DNA of 64,000 nt from a virus. This document shows, piece after piece, positions 40,755 through 49,325 of the stretch (position 1 is its first letter; every line of letters begins with the position of its first letter). The stretch covers positions 1 through 64,000 of IMG/VR virus record IMGVR_UViG_3300021371_000007; one strand, 5' to 3'. The translations under genes were made by a program, and so were the position numbers. Under the pieces are notes generated by a model, which did no database searches, was not told the DNA's origin, and was given only the letters and a program-made list of their open reading frames with translations.

Positions 40755-41420
40755 TTATGTTAATTTATTTACTATCGGGAATATAGATGCAATAGCCTTT
40801 GCACAAGCATGTGCAATATCCATATGCTCCTGCTGTGTACCATTAGCACCACGTAGTTCAATGTAATGTACCCAACTACGTAGAGTTCCATTCATATATA
40901 AACGTGTTTTAGTATTTCCTTCTGGTAATACTGCACGAGCTTGTTCTTTGGCAATACCATTCGCAATTGCCCAGTCGTATGCGTTTGATGCAGCCGCCCA
41001 TACATTTCGTTGATGTTGTTCCCATGAAACATGTAAATTTACATCATCTGTAATTATACTGTTTTGTCTGTTCTTAGTGTCTTGTAATCGTGCTTTACGC
41101 ATTACAAATGCATTTCCCATCTCTGAGGGTTCTGCATAGCGTTGGCTAAATTCTTGAAATGCAAATGAACGATGACGCACTATCTGGTGTGCAATATCAC
41201 GTGTTGTTTCTATCTCCATTACAGCATTTGCCATTTCTAAGGGTGACCAATGTTGATGCTTAATTAAATACTTAATAAGTCTTTCACTGGTTTCTGTATT
41301 GATCTGTGCGCTAGGGTTTGATACTTTTGCACAAAAAGCAATTAATTCTTGTAAGTTAGTTAATCCTTCTTCTTCAAATATATCTGTAGCCTTACTATAG
41401 CTTATTAATCTTACTTTCAT
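40755..41420 (-). CDS. thyX: Flavin-dependent thymidylate synthase
   Basis: HWSPLE, RHRSF.FQEFSQRY, KEQAR.VLP. Confidence 0.95.
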   Translation of the reverse strand: MKVRLISYSKATDIFEEEGLTNLQELIAFCAKVSNPSAQINTETSERLIKYLIKHQHWSPLEMANAVMEIETTRDIAHQIVRHRSFAFQEFSQRYAEPSEMGNAFVMRKARLQDTKNRQNSIITDDVNLHVSWEQHQRNVWAAASNAYDWAIANGIAKEQARAVLPEGNTKTRLYMNGTLRSWVHYIELRGANGTQQEHMDIAHACAKAIASIFPIVNKLT

Positions 41421-41422
41421 TA

Positions 41423-42274
41423 TTATACCTTTGCTAGGGCTTCGCCCATTATTGTTTTTATAACTTCAGGGTTTTCTGACATATTAATAGCTTCTTCTAA
41501 ATAAGTATTTAGATCCATTAGTTGTTTATTAAGTAATAATATTTCTTTACCACTATTCAAGTTTTGTATATATTTAGCTTTACCTGCTATAGGTAGATTG
41601 TTTATTAAATTATCTAGACTTTTGTATTCTTTTACTAAGGATTGACTACGTTTTTTACCTATACCATCAATACCCATAATACCATCACTCTTATCGCCCT
41701 CAATAATCCTAGAAAATAGAAACTCTTGAGGAGTAAATTGCCAATCTTCGTGTAAAGAGTCTAGAGTTATCTCTTTTCTAGAGAATAGATTGAATATATT
41801 AACATTATGGTCTAATAGTTGATATAAGTCTCTATCACTAGAGACAATCCATACGTTATCGTATTGCTCTTTTAAATTATTTGCTAAATAAGTTATTAGG
41901 TCATCAGCTTCAATACCTTTGAACTTATAGTGTTCAAAAGGTAATAATTCTGTAGTGTCTTTTAAACAGTTGAAAAAACCTGTGAATCTAATTTTTTCTT
42001 CTTCTGTTCTCTCTACTTTTCTATTTTGTTTATACCCAGGATAAATAGCTTTTCTATAAGAAGAAGCACCTACATCAAAACAGCAAACTATTCTTTTTGC
42101 AGAATAGCTTTTTCCTAAACTACTAATAGTCTTAATATATTCTTGAGAGTAGTCATCAAAATTAGGTCTATGTAGGTATCTGAAAGCTACATTATTAGCA
42201 TCAATCAAAAGAAGGTTATTTTCTTCGTATTTATTTTGTTCTAGTTCGGCTAGATCATTCCAACTTGCACTCAT
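41423..42274 (-). CDS. 5'-3' exonuclease / flap endonuclease (T5 D15-like)
   Basis: LLID.NN, YK.NR, EADD, SSD.D..Q, GD.SD.I.GI.GIG.K. Confidence 0.9.
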   Translation of the reverse strand: MSASWNDLAELEQNKYEENNLLLIDANNVAFRYLHRPNFDDYSQEYIKTISSLGKSYSAKRIVCCFDVGASSYRKAIYPGYKQNRKVERTEEEKIRFTGFFNCLKDTTELLPFEHYKFKGIEADDLITYLANNLKEQYDNVWIVSSDRDLYQLLDHNVNIFNLFSRKEITLDSLHEDWQFTPQEFLFSRIIEGDKSDGIMGIDGIGKKRSQSLVKEYKSLDNLINNLPIAGKAKYIQNLNSGKEILLLNKQLMDLNTYLEEAINMSENPEVIKTIMGEALAKV

Positions 42275-42299
42275 TAAATTTTCTCCATATTTATACTTT

Positions 42300-42328
42300 A
42301 TAATATAATATATTTAATCACTAAGCAA
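42300..42328 (-). promoter_or_regulatory. Sigma70-type promoter for the flap endonuclease operon
   Basis: Minus strand TTGCTT, 17-nt spacer, TATTAT. Confidence 0.65.
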
Positions 42329-42340
42329 GTTAAATCTAAC

Positions 42341-42787
42341 TTAAATAGGTTCTAATTTTACAGCCTCTAATACCCACTCATCAAATAAACCCATTTTAAA
42401 ATATAAGTCATCCACTCTAACAGTTATTTGATTACGCACTTCAACCTGATTAGACCAGCAACAGTATATTTTACTCCTATCCCACTTATATATTAATAGT
42501 GGTTCTTTTTTCATAGTATCGGCTTCTCTTATAGTTTGTTTCCAAAAATCTAATAGTAGCGCAGATTTTTTAGCTGTTAATAAGTTATTCCAATTTATTT
42601 CTTTATGATGTTTAGCCTCTATACAATATGTAAAATTTGGAAGCCAAGGACAATAGACATCACCCTTAAGATACTCTAATGCTCCTGATAACGGTACTCT
42701 TTCAAACTTATTATTAAAGTGATTAGAAAAAAGATCTCTAACTACATACTCAAAACTTCTTCCTTTAGTCTTACTTTTACTACTCAT
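42341..42787 (-). CDS. Holliday junction resolvase-like nuclease (T5 D14-like)
   Basis: SK.KG..FE..V.......F.RVP.SGA ... GD ... IE.K; W.Q..RE. Confidence 0.85.
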   Translation of the reverse strand: MSSKSKTKGRSFEYVVRDLFSNHFNNKFERVPLSGALEYLKGDVYCPWLPNFTYCIEAKHHKEINWNNLLTAKKSALLLDFWKQTIREADTMKKEPLLIYKWDRSKIYCCWSNQVEVRNQITVRVDDLYFKMGLFDEWVLEAVKLEPI

Positions 42788-42843
42788 AATATCTCCTTTG
42801 TATAATACTAATATAAAAAAGAACCATAAGTCTAATATAATAT

Positions 42844-42871
42844 AAAAAAAGAGCCCTTATTGGACTCTTTT
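42844..42871 (-). terminator. Intrinsic terminator closing the small-protein operon
   Basis: Minus strand GAGTCC-aataa-GGGCTC followed by T7. Confidence 0.7.
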
Positions 42872-42881
42872 TACTTTTATA

Positions 42882-43055
42882 CTATAAATACTTACCATCA
42901 ATGCTATGAGTTCTTGAGTTATACCAAGCCCATATAAAACAATTAATCTTACTATAACGACTATACCAAGGGCCTGTGTGTGTTACTCCAAGACACCAGC
43001 CTTGATATCTTAAGTGATAATACCAGTCAAGAATTCTTTTATATCGTAGGATCAT
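42882..43055 (-). CDS. Small aromatic-rich hypothetical protein (57 aa)
   Basis: GGAG SD before ATG 43055; overlaps the upstream stop. Confidence 0.5.
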   Translation of the reverse strand: MILRYKRILDWYYHLRYQGWCLGVTHTGPWYSRYSKINCFIWAWYNSRTHSIDGKYL

Positions 43056-43227
43056 ACTGTTCTCCATTATAGCCTGGATACGTATCTTTATCTTGAACAC
43101 CAGAGTTGCATCCTACAACTACAATTAATAAAAATACTATAGACCATAACGTTACTCTTTTGCTCCACACTATAAACGCATTAAAAGTATTCTCTGCTTC
43201 TATTTGTGCTTGCTCTCTAGGAGTCAT
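43039..43227 (-). CDS. Single-TM small protein resembling aa3-type cytochrome c oxidase subunit IV (62 aa)
   Basis: AAGGA SD before ATG 43227; E.TF..FI.W....T.....L......N pattern; possible lipobox VVGC as alternative reading. Confidence 0.5.
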   Translation of the reverse strand: MTPREQAQIEAENTFNAFIVWSKRVTLWSIVFLLIVVVGCNSGVQDKDTYPGYNGEQYDPTI

Positions 43228-43228
43228 T

Positions 43229-43411
43229 TTATTTCCTTTTGTTACGCATTTCTTGAACCTGTAATATACAACGTTTCGCTTCCTCGTGATATCCCATTCT
43301 TGCGAGCTCCGCTGCCGCTCTGGAGTACCCAATCGTCTGCGTAAACCGATCGAAGGAAGACCACAAACCCGATAAGGGTGAGAATACATAATTGCTTACC
43401 AATGCTGTCAT
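43229..43411 (-). CDS. Small alphaproteobacterial-type helical protein (60 aa)
   Basis: GGAGGG SD; TAATG coupling; GY.RAAAELAR.GY.EEA motif. Confidence 0.65.
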   Translation of the reverse strand: MTALVSNYVFSPLSGLWSSFDRFTQTIGYSRAAAELARMGYHEEAKRCILQVQEMRNKRK

Positions 43412-43644
43412 TATAGTCCCTCCCTATTTTTAATATTAGATCCTGAACGAGCTACAGCATAAATGTCACCCCGTGTAAGACCTATGTCTTCTAAATCATA
43501 ATCTGATAATCTAGATAATTCTTTAATAGTTTGTTTAGCTATACGCTTATCTCTACGGTATTCTACAAGAGTTCGTAAAGATTCAATTAAGTTTTCAATT
43601 ATTCTTGTAGAAAAACTATGTGCTATTAATATGTGTTGTGTCAT
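43411..43644 (-). CDS. DUF1127 (YjiS-like) small protein (77 aa)
   Basis: T..ELSRLSD..L.DIGL.RGDI signature; TAATG coupling at both ends. Confidence 0.9.
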   Translation of the reverse strand: MTQHILIAHSFSTRIIENLIESLRTLVEYRRDKRIAKQTIKELSRLSDYDLEDIGLTRGDIYAVARSGSNIKNREGL

Positions 43645-43805
43645 TATACCCATCCTCTTAAATTAGGATTCATATTTCCGTATATTAATTTTTTTTGTCT
43701 TCTCTCTAAGTCTACTAAGTCAGTAGATTTAGCTAAGTATTCTGTAATTCTTTCTTGTTCTGTTTTCGGTTTTAACTTGTTAAATAGTTTTCTTAAAAGT
43801 TTCAT
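43644..43805 (-). CDS. DUF3563-like small protein (53 aa), absent from the ORF track
   Basis: AAGGAG SD; MKLLRKLFNKLKPKTEQERITEYLAKSTDLVDLERRQKKLIYGNMNPNLRGWV with YLA.STDL.DLERR signature. Confidence 0.75.
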   Translation of the reverse strand: MKLLRKLFNKLKPKTEQERITEYLAKSTDLVDLERRQKKLIYGNMNPNLRGWV

Positions 43806-43827
43806 ATTTTTCTCCTTCTATAATTAT

Positions 43828-43894
43828 AGTATATAATAAAAAGCTTCAAAAAACAACTATAATTATGTCAAACCCGGTATGCACAGTTTGCATA
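43828..43894 (-). promoter_or_regulatory. Promoter with upstream LysR-type operator
   Basis: TTGTTT (43856-43851), 17-nt spacer, TATACT (43833-43828); dyad TATGCA-cagtt-TGCATA (ATGC-N7-GCAT, T-N11-A) at 43878-43894, centred near -65. Confidence 0.65.
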
Positions 43895-43922
43895 GCTTAG
43901 AGGTAAAAAACGCTAAAATAAA

Positions 43923-43948
43923 ATAACCAGAGAATGCTCTCTGGTTAT
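43923..43948 (-). terminator. Hairpin/terminator downstream of tRNA
   Basis: ATAACCAGAGA-atgc-TCTCTGGTTAT 11-bp stem, T-rich tail on minus strand. Confidence 0.65.
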
Positions 43949-43954
43949 AATTAA

Positions 43955-44030
43955 TGGTGCTCCCACACGGACTCGAACCGCGGACCTATTGATTACAAAT
44001 CAATTGCTCTACCAGCTGAGCTATAGGAGC
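43955..44030 (-). tRNA. tRNA-Thr(UGU)
   Basis: GCTCCTATAGCTCAGCTGGTAGAGCAATTGATT-TGT-AATCAATAGGTCCGCGGTTCGAGTCCGTGTGGGAGCACCA; 76-nt cloverleaf with encoded CCA. Confidence 0.95.
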
Positions 44031-44031
44031 T

Positions 44032-45162
44032 TTATAAACTAAATCCTTCGAAGGATTTATCGCTAACATCTTTTTTTGTACCGCCAATAACGTAGCTAGA
44101 AATTTCAGTTTCTTGAGGAGCCACTTGAACTTCTGCCCCGCTTATCCATTTTTGAGTCCAAGGAAGAGGGTTAGCTCTAGGAACACTAAAGTCAGGTTTT
44201 ACACCTGCAGCTACTAGTCTTTTATGAGTTATCCACTCTACATAGTCACTCAGTAATTTAGCATTTAAACCGATCATAGAGCCATCTTTAAATAAGTACT
44301 CTGCCCATTGTTTTTCTTGCTCCATAGCTTCTGTAAACATACTTCTAACAGTACTTTCACACTCTGGAATAATAGTAGCATAATCAGGATCATCTTTAGG
44401 TAATAACTTAATCATTTGCTGTGTAGATGCAAGATGTAAGTTTTCGTCGCGGGCAATTAACTTAATAATCTTAGCATTACCTTCCATCTTCTTTAATTCG
44501 GCAAATGCCCAACTACATGCAAAGCTTACATAAAAACGAACACCCTCTAAAATATTAACACTAGCTATACAAAGATACAATAATTTTTTAAGCTCATACA
44601 TATCAACTATATACTTTTCACCGTTAATTGTGTGGGTTCCTTCACCAAACAATTGATATAATTTGCTTAATTTTAAAAGTTCATCATAGTACTTAGTAAT
44701 GTCAGAGGCGCAGTCTGTTATTTCGGTGACGTTCATCATTTCATCAAATATAACACTAGGATTAGTATAAATATTTCTAATAATATGAGTATAGCTACGA
44801 GAGTGAATAGACTCACTAAAAGTCCAAGTTAAAATCCAATTTTCTAATTCTGGAAGCCCTACTATACCCCCAAAAGCTTCTACAGGGGCTCTTCCTTGAA
44901 CAGAGTCTAGTAAGATTTGACGTTTTAAGTTCGCAGTAAAAATATGCTGCTCGTGTTCTGTTAAACCTCTAAAATCTTTACTATCTTTAGTTACGTCTAT
45001 TTCTTCTGGTCGCCAAAAGAAACCTAACTGTTTGTCTGTAAGCTTGTCAAATTGTTTATACTTTAAAGTATCATACCTCTGAATGTCTACTCCTCCTTCT
45101 GGATCTAAAAACATTAAAGAGGTTAAGTGCTTATTTCTACTATTTTCATTTAATACTGACAT
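44032..45162 (-). CDS. nrdB: Ribonucleotide reductase class Ia beta subunit
   Basis: FFWRPEE, SE.IHSRSY, LEG.RFYVSF, RDE.LH, VAPQE.EISSY; ATG 45162 has an SD. Confidence 0.95.
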   Translation of the reverse strand: MSVLNENSRNKHLTSLMFLDPEGGVDIQRYDTLKYKQFDKLTDKQLGFFWRPEEIDVTKDSKDFRGLTEHEQHIFTANLKRQILLDSVQGRAPVEAFGGIVGLPELENWILTWTFSESIHSRSYTHIIRNIYTNPSVIFDEMMNVTEITDCASDITKYYDELLKLSKLYQLFGEGTHTINGEKYIVDMYELKKLLYLCIASVNILEGVRFYVSFACSWAFAELKKMEGNAKIIKLIARDENLHLASTQQMIKLLPKDDPDYATIIPECESTVRSMFTEAMEQEKQWAEYLFKDGSMIGLNAKLLSDYVEWITHKRLVAAGVKPDFSVPRANPLPWTQKWISGAEVQVAPQETEISSYVIGGTKKDVSDKSFEGFSL

Positions 45163-45173
45163 AATTTTTTCCT

Positions 45174-47489
45174 TTATAATACACAACTTTCACAATAGTC
45201 ATCATACTCTTCATCTGAGTCAAAACTATCTCTGTCTAATTCTTCTTTATCTTCTAAGCTATTTAAGTCTAGTTCGCCTTGACCATCATAGGTATTAAAG
45301 TAATATAATTGTTTACCTCCATACTTATAAAACATTAATAAGTGTTGTAACATTAAACTCATAGGTATTTTTTCTTCTTCAAAATACTGAGGGTTATAGC
45401 TTGTATTAACACTAATACCTTGATCAATATATTTTTGTAGTACAGCCATAATCTTAATATATCCTTCTGGAGAACGTTGGTTCCATAATAAATCATATTT
45501 ATTTTTTAGCTTGTGTATTCCAGGAACTACTTGTTTTAATACTCCATGTTTAGATTGCTTAATACTTACTAAGCTTCTAGGAGGTTCAATACCATTAGTA
45601 CTATTACTTATCTGAGCACTAGTTTCTGCGGGCATAAGAGCCATTAGCGTTGAGTTACGGATACCTGTTGTTTTTAGTTGTTCACGTAGTCCTGACCAAT
45701 CCATACGTTCTATGTGTGGGACTAGCTCGTCTACGTCTTTCTTGTATGTTTGATTAGGGGTAATACCATGTCCATATTTTGTTTCCATAACTCCTGGGCA
45801 TGCACCTTTATCAACGGCTAAATCTGCACTTGCTTTAATTAAGTAATAACTCCATGCTTCTGCCCACTCATCTATAAGAGATAATCCTTGCTCATCTATA
45901 TCTTGATAATTAAGATTATTTTTAGCTAACCAATACGCAAAATTAATAATACCAACGCCTAAAGGTCTTCTTTTTTCTGTAGATAACTGTGCTGCACGTA
46001 AAGGGTAATCTTGATAGCTTAGTAGGGCGTCTAAACCTCTTATGGCTAAAGCCCCTACTCTCTCAAAGTCTTCTTTACATTTTACATTACCCCAATTAAC
46101 AGCACTTAAAGTACATAGGCTTATCTCTCCTTCTTCATCGAATATATCTTTTAAAGGCTTGGTAGGTAAGTCTATCTCTGCACATAAATTAGACTGATGA
46201 ATAGGAGCTACTTTCTCATCAAAACTAGAATGTGTATTAGCATGGTCCACATTTTGTAAGTATATACGTCCTGTATTTTTACGTTCTTCCATAAATGAAG
46301 AAAATAAGTCAATAGCACTTACAGTTTTCTTTCGTAGCTTTGTATTTTTTTCTGCTCCCTCATACATTATTTTAAAAGTATCAGGATCGTTAAAGAATGA
46401 GTCATACAACCCTGGAACATCGCTAGGAGAAAATAGAGTTATATCTCCTCCAGTAATTAAGCGTTCGTAAAACAACTTATTAAATTGTACGCCATAATCC
46501 ATATGTCTTACACGATTTTCTTCTGTGCCTTTGTTATTTTTTAGTACGAGTAAGTCTTCAACCTCTAAGTGCCAAATTGGGTAATATAAAGTTGCTGCTC
46601 CATTTCTAACACCGCCTTGAGAACAGCTCCTTGTAGCTGCTTGAAACATCTTATAAAAAGGAATTACCCCTGTGTGATAGGCATCTCCTTTACGTATGGG
46701 AGAACCGATAGACCTAATTCTTCCTGCTCCAATACCAATACCTGCTTTTTGACTGACGTACTTAACAATACTAGAACTAGTAGCATTAATACTGTCAAGA
46801 CTATCATCAGCTTCAATAAGTACACAAGAAGAGAATTGTCGTTGTGGAGTACGCAGACCCGCCATGATAGGAGTAGGCAAGCTAAGCTCATGTAAACTAA
46901 TAGCATCATAGTAATCTTTTACCCATTTTAATCTAGTTTCTTTAGGATAGTTAGCAAATAGTGTCATAGATATTAACATATAGGCTACCTGAGGAGTTTC
47001 ATATATAATCTCTTCAACTCTATTTTGTACTAAATATTTACCTCTAAATTGCTCCATAGCAACATAAGTTAATTTATCATCTCGTACATGTTTGATATAT
47101 TTATTAATAGTTGAAAATTCTTTTTTAGAGTAAGTTTCTATAAGCTCACGATCATAAAACCCTAATTTTACATTTTTTTCTACTATAGAATACAGATCAG
47201 GAGGATCAAACTGCCCATATACCTCTTTACGAAGGTTGTAGTTTATTAGTCTTCCTGCAACCCATTGATAATTAGGAGTTTGCTCTGAGATTAAGTCTGC
47301 GGCACTTTTTATAAGTGTTTCTTGTACGTCTGATGTTTTAATACCATCAAAAAACTGTATTTTACTTTTAATCTCTACCTCACTAGGGCTTACTCCTGCT
47401 ATACCCTCACAAGCTAAAAAAACTACCTTATGTAGTTTTTCAATGTTTAGATCTTCTTTTTTACCTGTTCTTTTTATAACTTGTATCAT
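45174..47489 (-). CDS. nrdA: Ribonucleotide reductase class Ia alpha subunit with ATP cone
   Basis: V.KR.G ATP cone, PTPIM, QFSSC, SNLCAEI, LYY, C-terminal CESC. Confidence 0.97.
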   Translation of the reverse strand: MIQVIKRTGKKEDLNIEKLHKVVFLACEGIAGVSPSEVEIKSKIQFFDGIKTSDVQETLIKSAADLISEQTPNYQWVAGRLINYNLRKEVYGQFDPPDLYSIVEKNVKLGFYDRELIETYSKKEFSTINKYIKHVRDDKLTYVAMEQFRGKYLVQNRVEEIIYETPQVAYMLISMTLFANYPKETRLKWVKDYYDAISLHELSLPTPIMAGLRTPQRQFSSCVLIEADDSLDSINATSSSIVKYVSQKAGIGIGAGRIRSIGSPIRKGDAYHTGVIPFYKMFQAATRSCSQGGVRNGAATLYYPIWHLEVEDLLVLKNNKGTEENRVRHMDYGVQFNKLFYERLITGGDITLFSPSDVPGLYDSFFNDPDTFKIMYEGAEKNTKLRKKTVSAIDLFSSFMEERKNTGRIYLQNVDHANTHSSFDEKVAPIHQSNLCAEIDLPTKPLKDIFDEEGEISLCTLSAVNWGNVKCKEDFERVGALAIRGLDALLSYQDYPLRAAQLSTEKRRPLGVGIINFAYWLAKNNLNYQDIDEQGLSLIDEWAEAWSYYLIKASADLAVDKGACPGVMETKYGHGITPNQTYKKDVDELVPHIERMDWSGLREQLKTTGIRNSTLMALMPAETSAQISNSTNGIEPPRSLVSIKQSKHGVLKQVVPGIHKLKNKYDLLWNQRSPEGYIKIMAVLQKYIDQGISVNTSYNPQYFEEEKIPMSLMLQHLLMFYKYGGKQLYYFNTYDGQGELDLNSLEDKEELDRDSFDSDEEYDDYCESCVL

Positions 47490-47498
47490 GGCACTCCT

Positions 47499-49322
47499 TT
47501 ATACTATCCTACTCATATTATTTTCTTTTACTATCTCTATCTTAGGTATTAGAGGGTGGTTATAGTCGTGACTAATAAGAAAAACATTTAATCCTTCTTC
47601 TACAGATAAAACTTCAAATAGCTTTTCTTTTCCTGCCTCGTCTAGTACACCTGTTATCTCATCTAAAAATAGTAGATTTAAACTATTACCGCCTATTTTA
47701 GAAAGAGTAGATCTTACTGCGAGTAATACGCTTGTTTGTACCCTACTAAACTCTCCCCCTGATAAAGACTCTATAGTTACTTCCTTACCTTCATTAATAA
47801 CAATTACATTCAGTTTTTCTCCTGTTAATCTAAATAGTACTGAAAACTGACCGTCAGACAGTATAGATAAATATTTATTAATAGTTTGTTCTAAATCTTT
47901 TGCTACATTCTCTAGTTTAAATGCTACAATACCCGAAGAAGAAAACGCTTTTTTAAGTATTTGAATATTGTTAACCTTATCTTGAAGATTTAGTATATCA
48001 TTTCTTAATACTAGCTGTCTAGATAAAAATTTTTCCTTTTCCTCTGAAAATAGATCTACTTTTGTGTTGTGCACCCTAATATCTTCGTTTATTTTTTCTG
48101 TATAATTTTTTTCTGTTTTTTGAATTTTTAAGGTATTTTTTAAAGTACTTAATTCTGCTTGTATTTCTCTCTTATCAGGAACCTCAGTAGGAAGAGTCTT
48201 ATCAATTAGATTAGAAATAGTCTCAAACTTTTCTATATTTTTTTGATTTATTTCATATTTTTTAAGTAAAGATTTATACACATCATTTTTAGCGGTTAAA
48301 GAAATAAACTTATCTTTATAGTTACTATAAATAATCTTACTATCTTCTATTTGTTGCTCAAATTTATTTTTTTGTATTATAGATTGAGATATATCTAATT
48401 CTTGACCACATGCATAACATTTATCTTCTAAGTCTAGACCTTTTAATTTTTTATTAGTATCTTCAACAACTCTTTTAGCATTATTAGCCGTTTCTCTGGC
48501 CTCTTGTATTTCTTTATCTAAGTTTGGGTCTTCTGGCTTTTCTAAAGACACATCAAAATAAATAGATTCTAACTCTTTGATATTTATATTATTCTTGTCT
48601 ATCTGTCTAGTATCTTTTTCTAGATTAGATAGAGAAGCTTCTAGCTTAATAATTTCTTCTTCTAAGGAGGGGTCTATATCTATTATCTGTACAAATTCTT
48701 TTTTACTTCCTATATTTATATTTGAAATACTAGTTTCTACTGCTTTTTGTTCGCCTTTAAAAGAAACTAATTTTCGTTCTTCTTCTGTTCCTGTCTTTTT
48801 TATCTCTTCTCCAATAGTTAAATATTTTTCTAAACTAAATAGATTTATTAAGAACTTTTTTCTGTTAGAGTCTGTAGCTTTTAAAAAGTCTAGTAAGTCT
48901 GTTGAGCTTTGATAAGATAACTGAGAAAATACTTCAAAAGTCATACCGAATAGAGAGTGTAGTTTCTTATAAGTATCTAGAACTTTATGTTCTGATATAT
49001 CTTCTTTTCCTTTATATAAAACTACTTTAGTCTGTGCCCCTGATCTTTTAACATCTAACGCGTACTCTATAGAATCGACAGAAAAAATTAAGTTAGCAGA
49101 CCAGTTTTTTGAGTTGGAATACTTGTTTAGTATATCCCCCTTTTTAATTCCTTTAATATTTTTATTAAAAAGTATTTCTTGTAGTATAAAAGCAATAGAG
49201 CTTTTACCGCTACCGTTAGGCGCAGATAATTGAGTTATTTTTTCTTTATCTAACTGTATAGATATATTTTCTCCATAACTATACATATTACTAAATTTTA
49301 AAGTTTTTAGAATAATAGACAT
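47499..49322 (-). CDS. SbcC/Rad50-like recombination ATPase (T5 D13-like)
   Basis: NGSGKSS, coiled coil with CYAC zinc hook, LSGGE, LFLDE, SH. Confidence 0.9.
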   Translation of the reverse strand: MSIILKTLKFSNMYSYGENISIQLDKEKITQLSAPNGSGKSSIAFILQEILFNKNIKGIKKGDILNKYSNSKNWSANLIFSVDSIEYALDVKRSGAQTKVVLYKGKEDISEHKVLDTYKKLHSLFGMTFEVFSQLSYQSSTDLLDFLKATDSNRKKFLINLFSLEKYLTIGEEIKKTGTEEERKLVSFKGEQKAVETSISNINIGSKKEFVQIIDIDPSLEEEIIKLEASLSNLEKDTRQIDKNNINIKELESIYFDVSLEKPEDPNLDKEIQEARETANNAKRVVEDTNKKLKGLDLEDKCYACGQELDISQSIIQKNKFEQQIEDSKIIYSNYKDKFISLTAKNDVYKSLLKKYEINQKNIEKFETISNLIDKTLPTEVPDKREIQAELSTLKNTLKIQKTEKNYTEKINEDIRVHNTKVDLFSEEKEKFLSRQLVLRNDILNLQDKVNNIQILKKAFSSSGIVAFKLENVAKDLEQTINKYLSILSDGQFSVLFRLTGEKLNVIVINEGKEVTIESLSGGEFSRVQTSVLLAVRSTLSKIGGNSLNLLFLDEITGVLDEAGKEKLFEVLSVEEGLNVFLISHDYNHPLIPKIEIVKENNMSRIV

Positions 49323-49325
49323 AAT

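Noticed and set aside
43228-43389. N-terminal part of the 116-aa minus-strand ORF
   Set aside because: Overlaps the coupled 60-aa gene; the SD-supported start is ATG 43227
43955-44030. tRNA as a prophage attachment site
   Set aside because: No integrase, no duplicated tRNA 3' end and no host genes on either side
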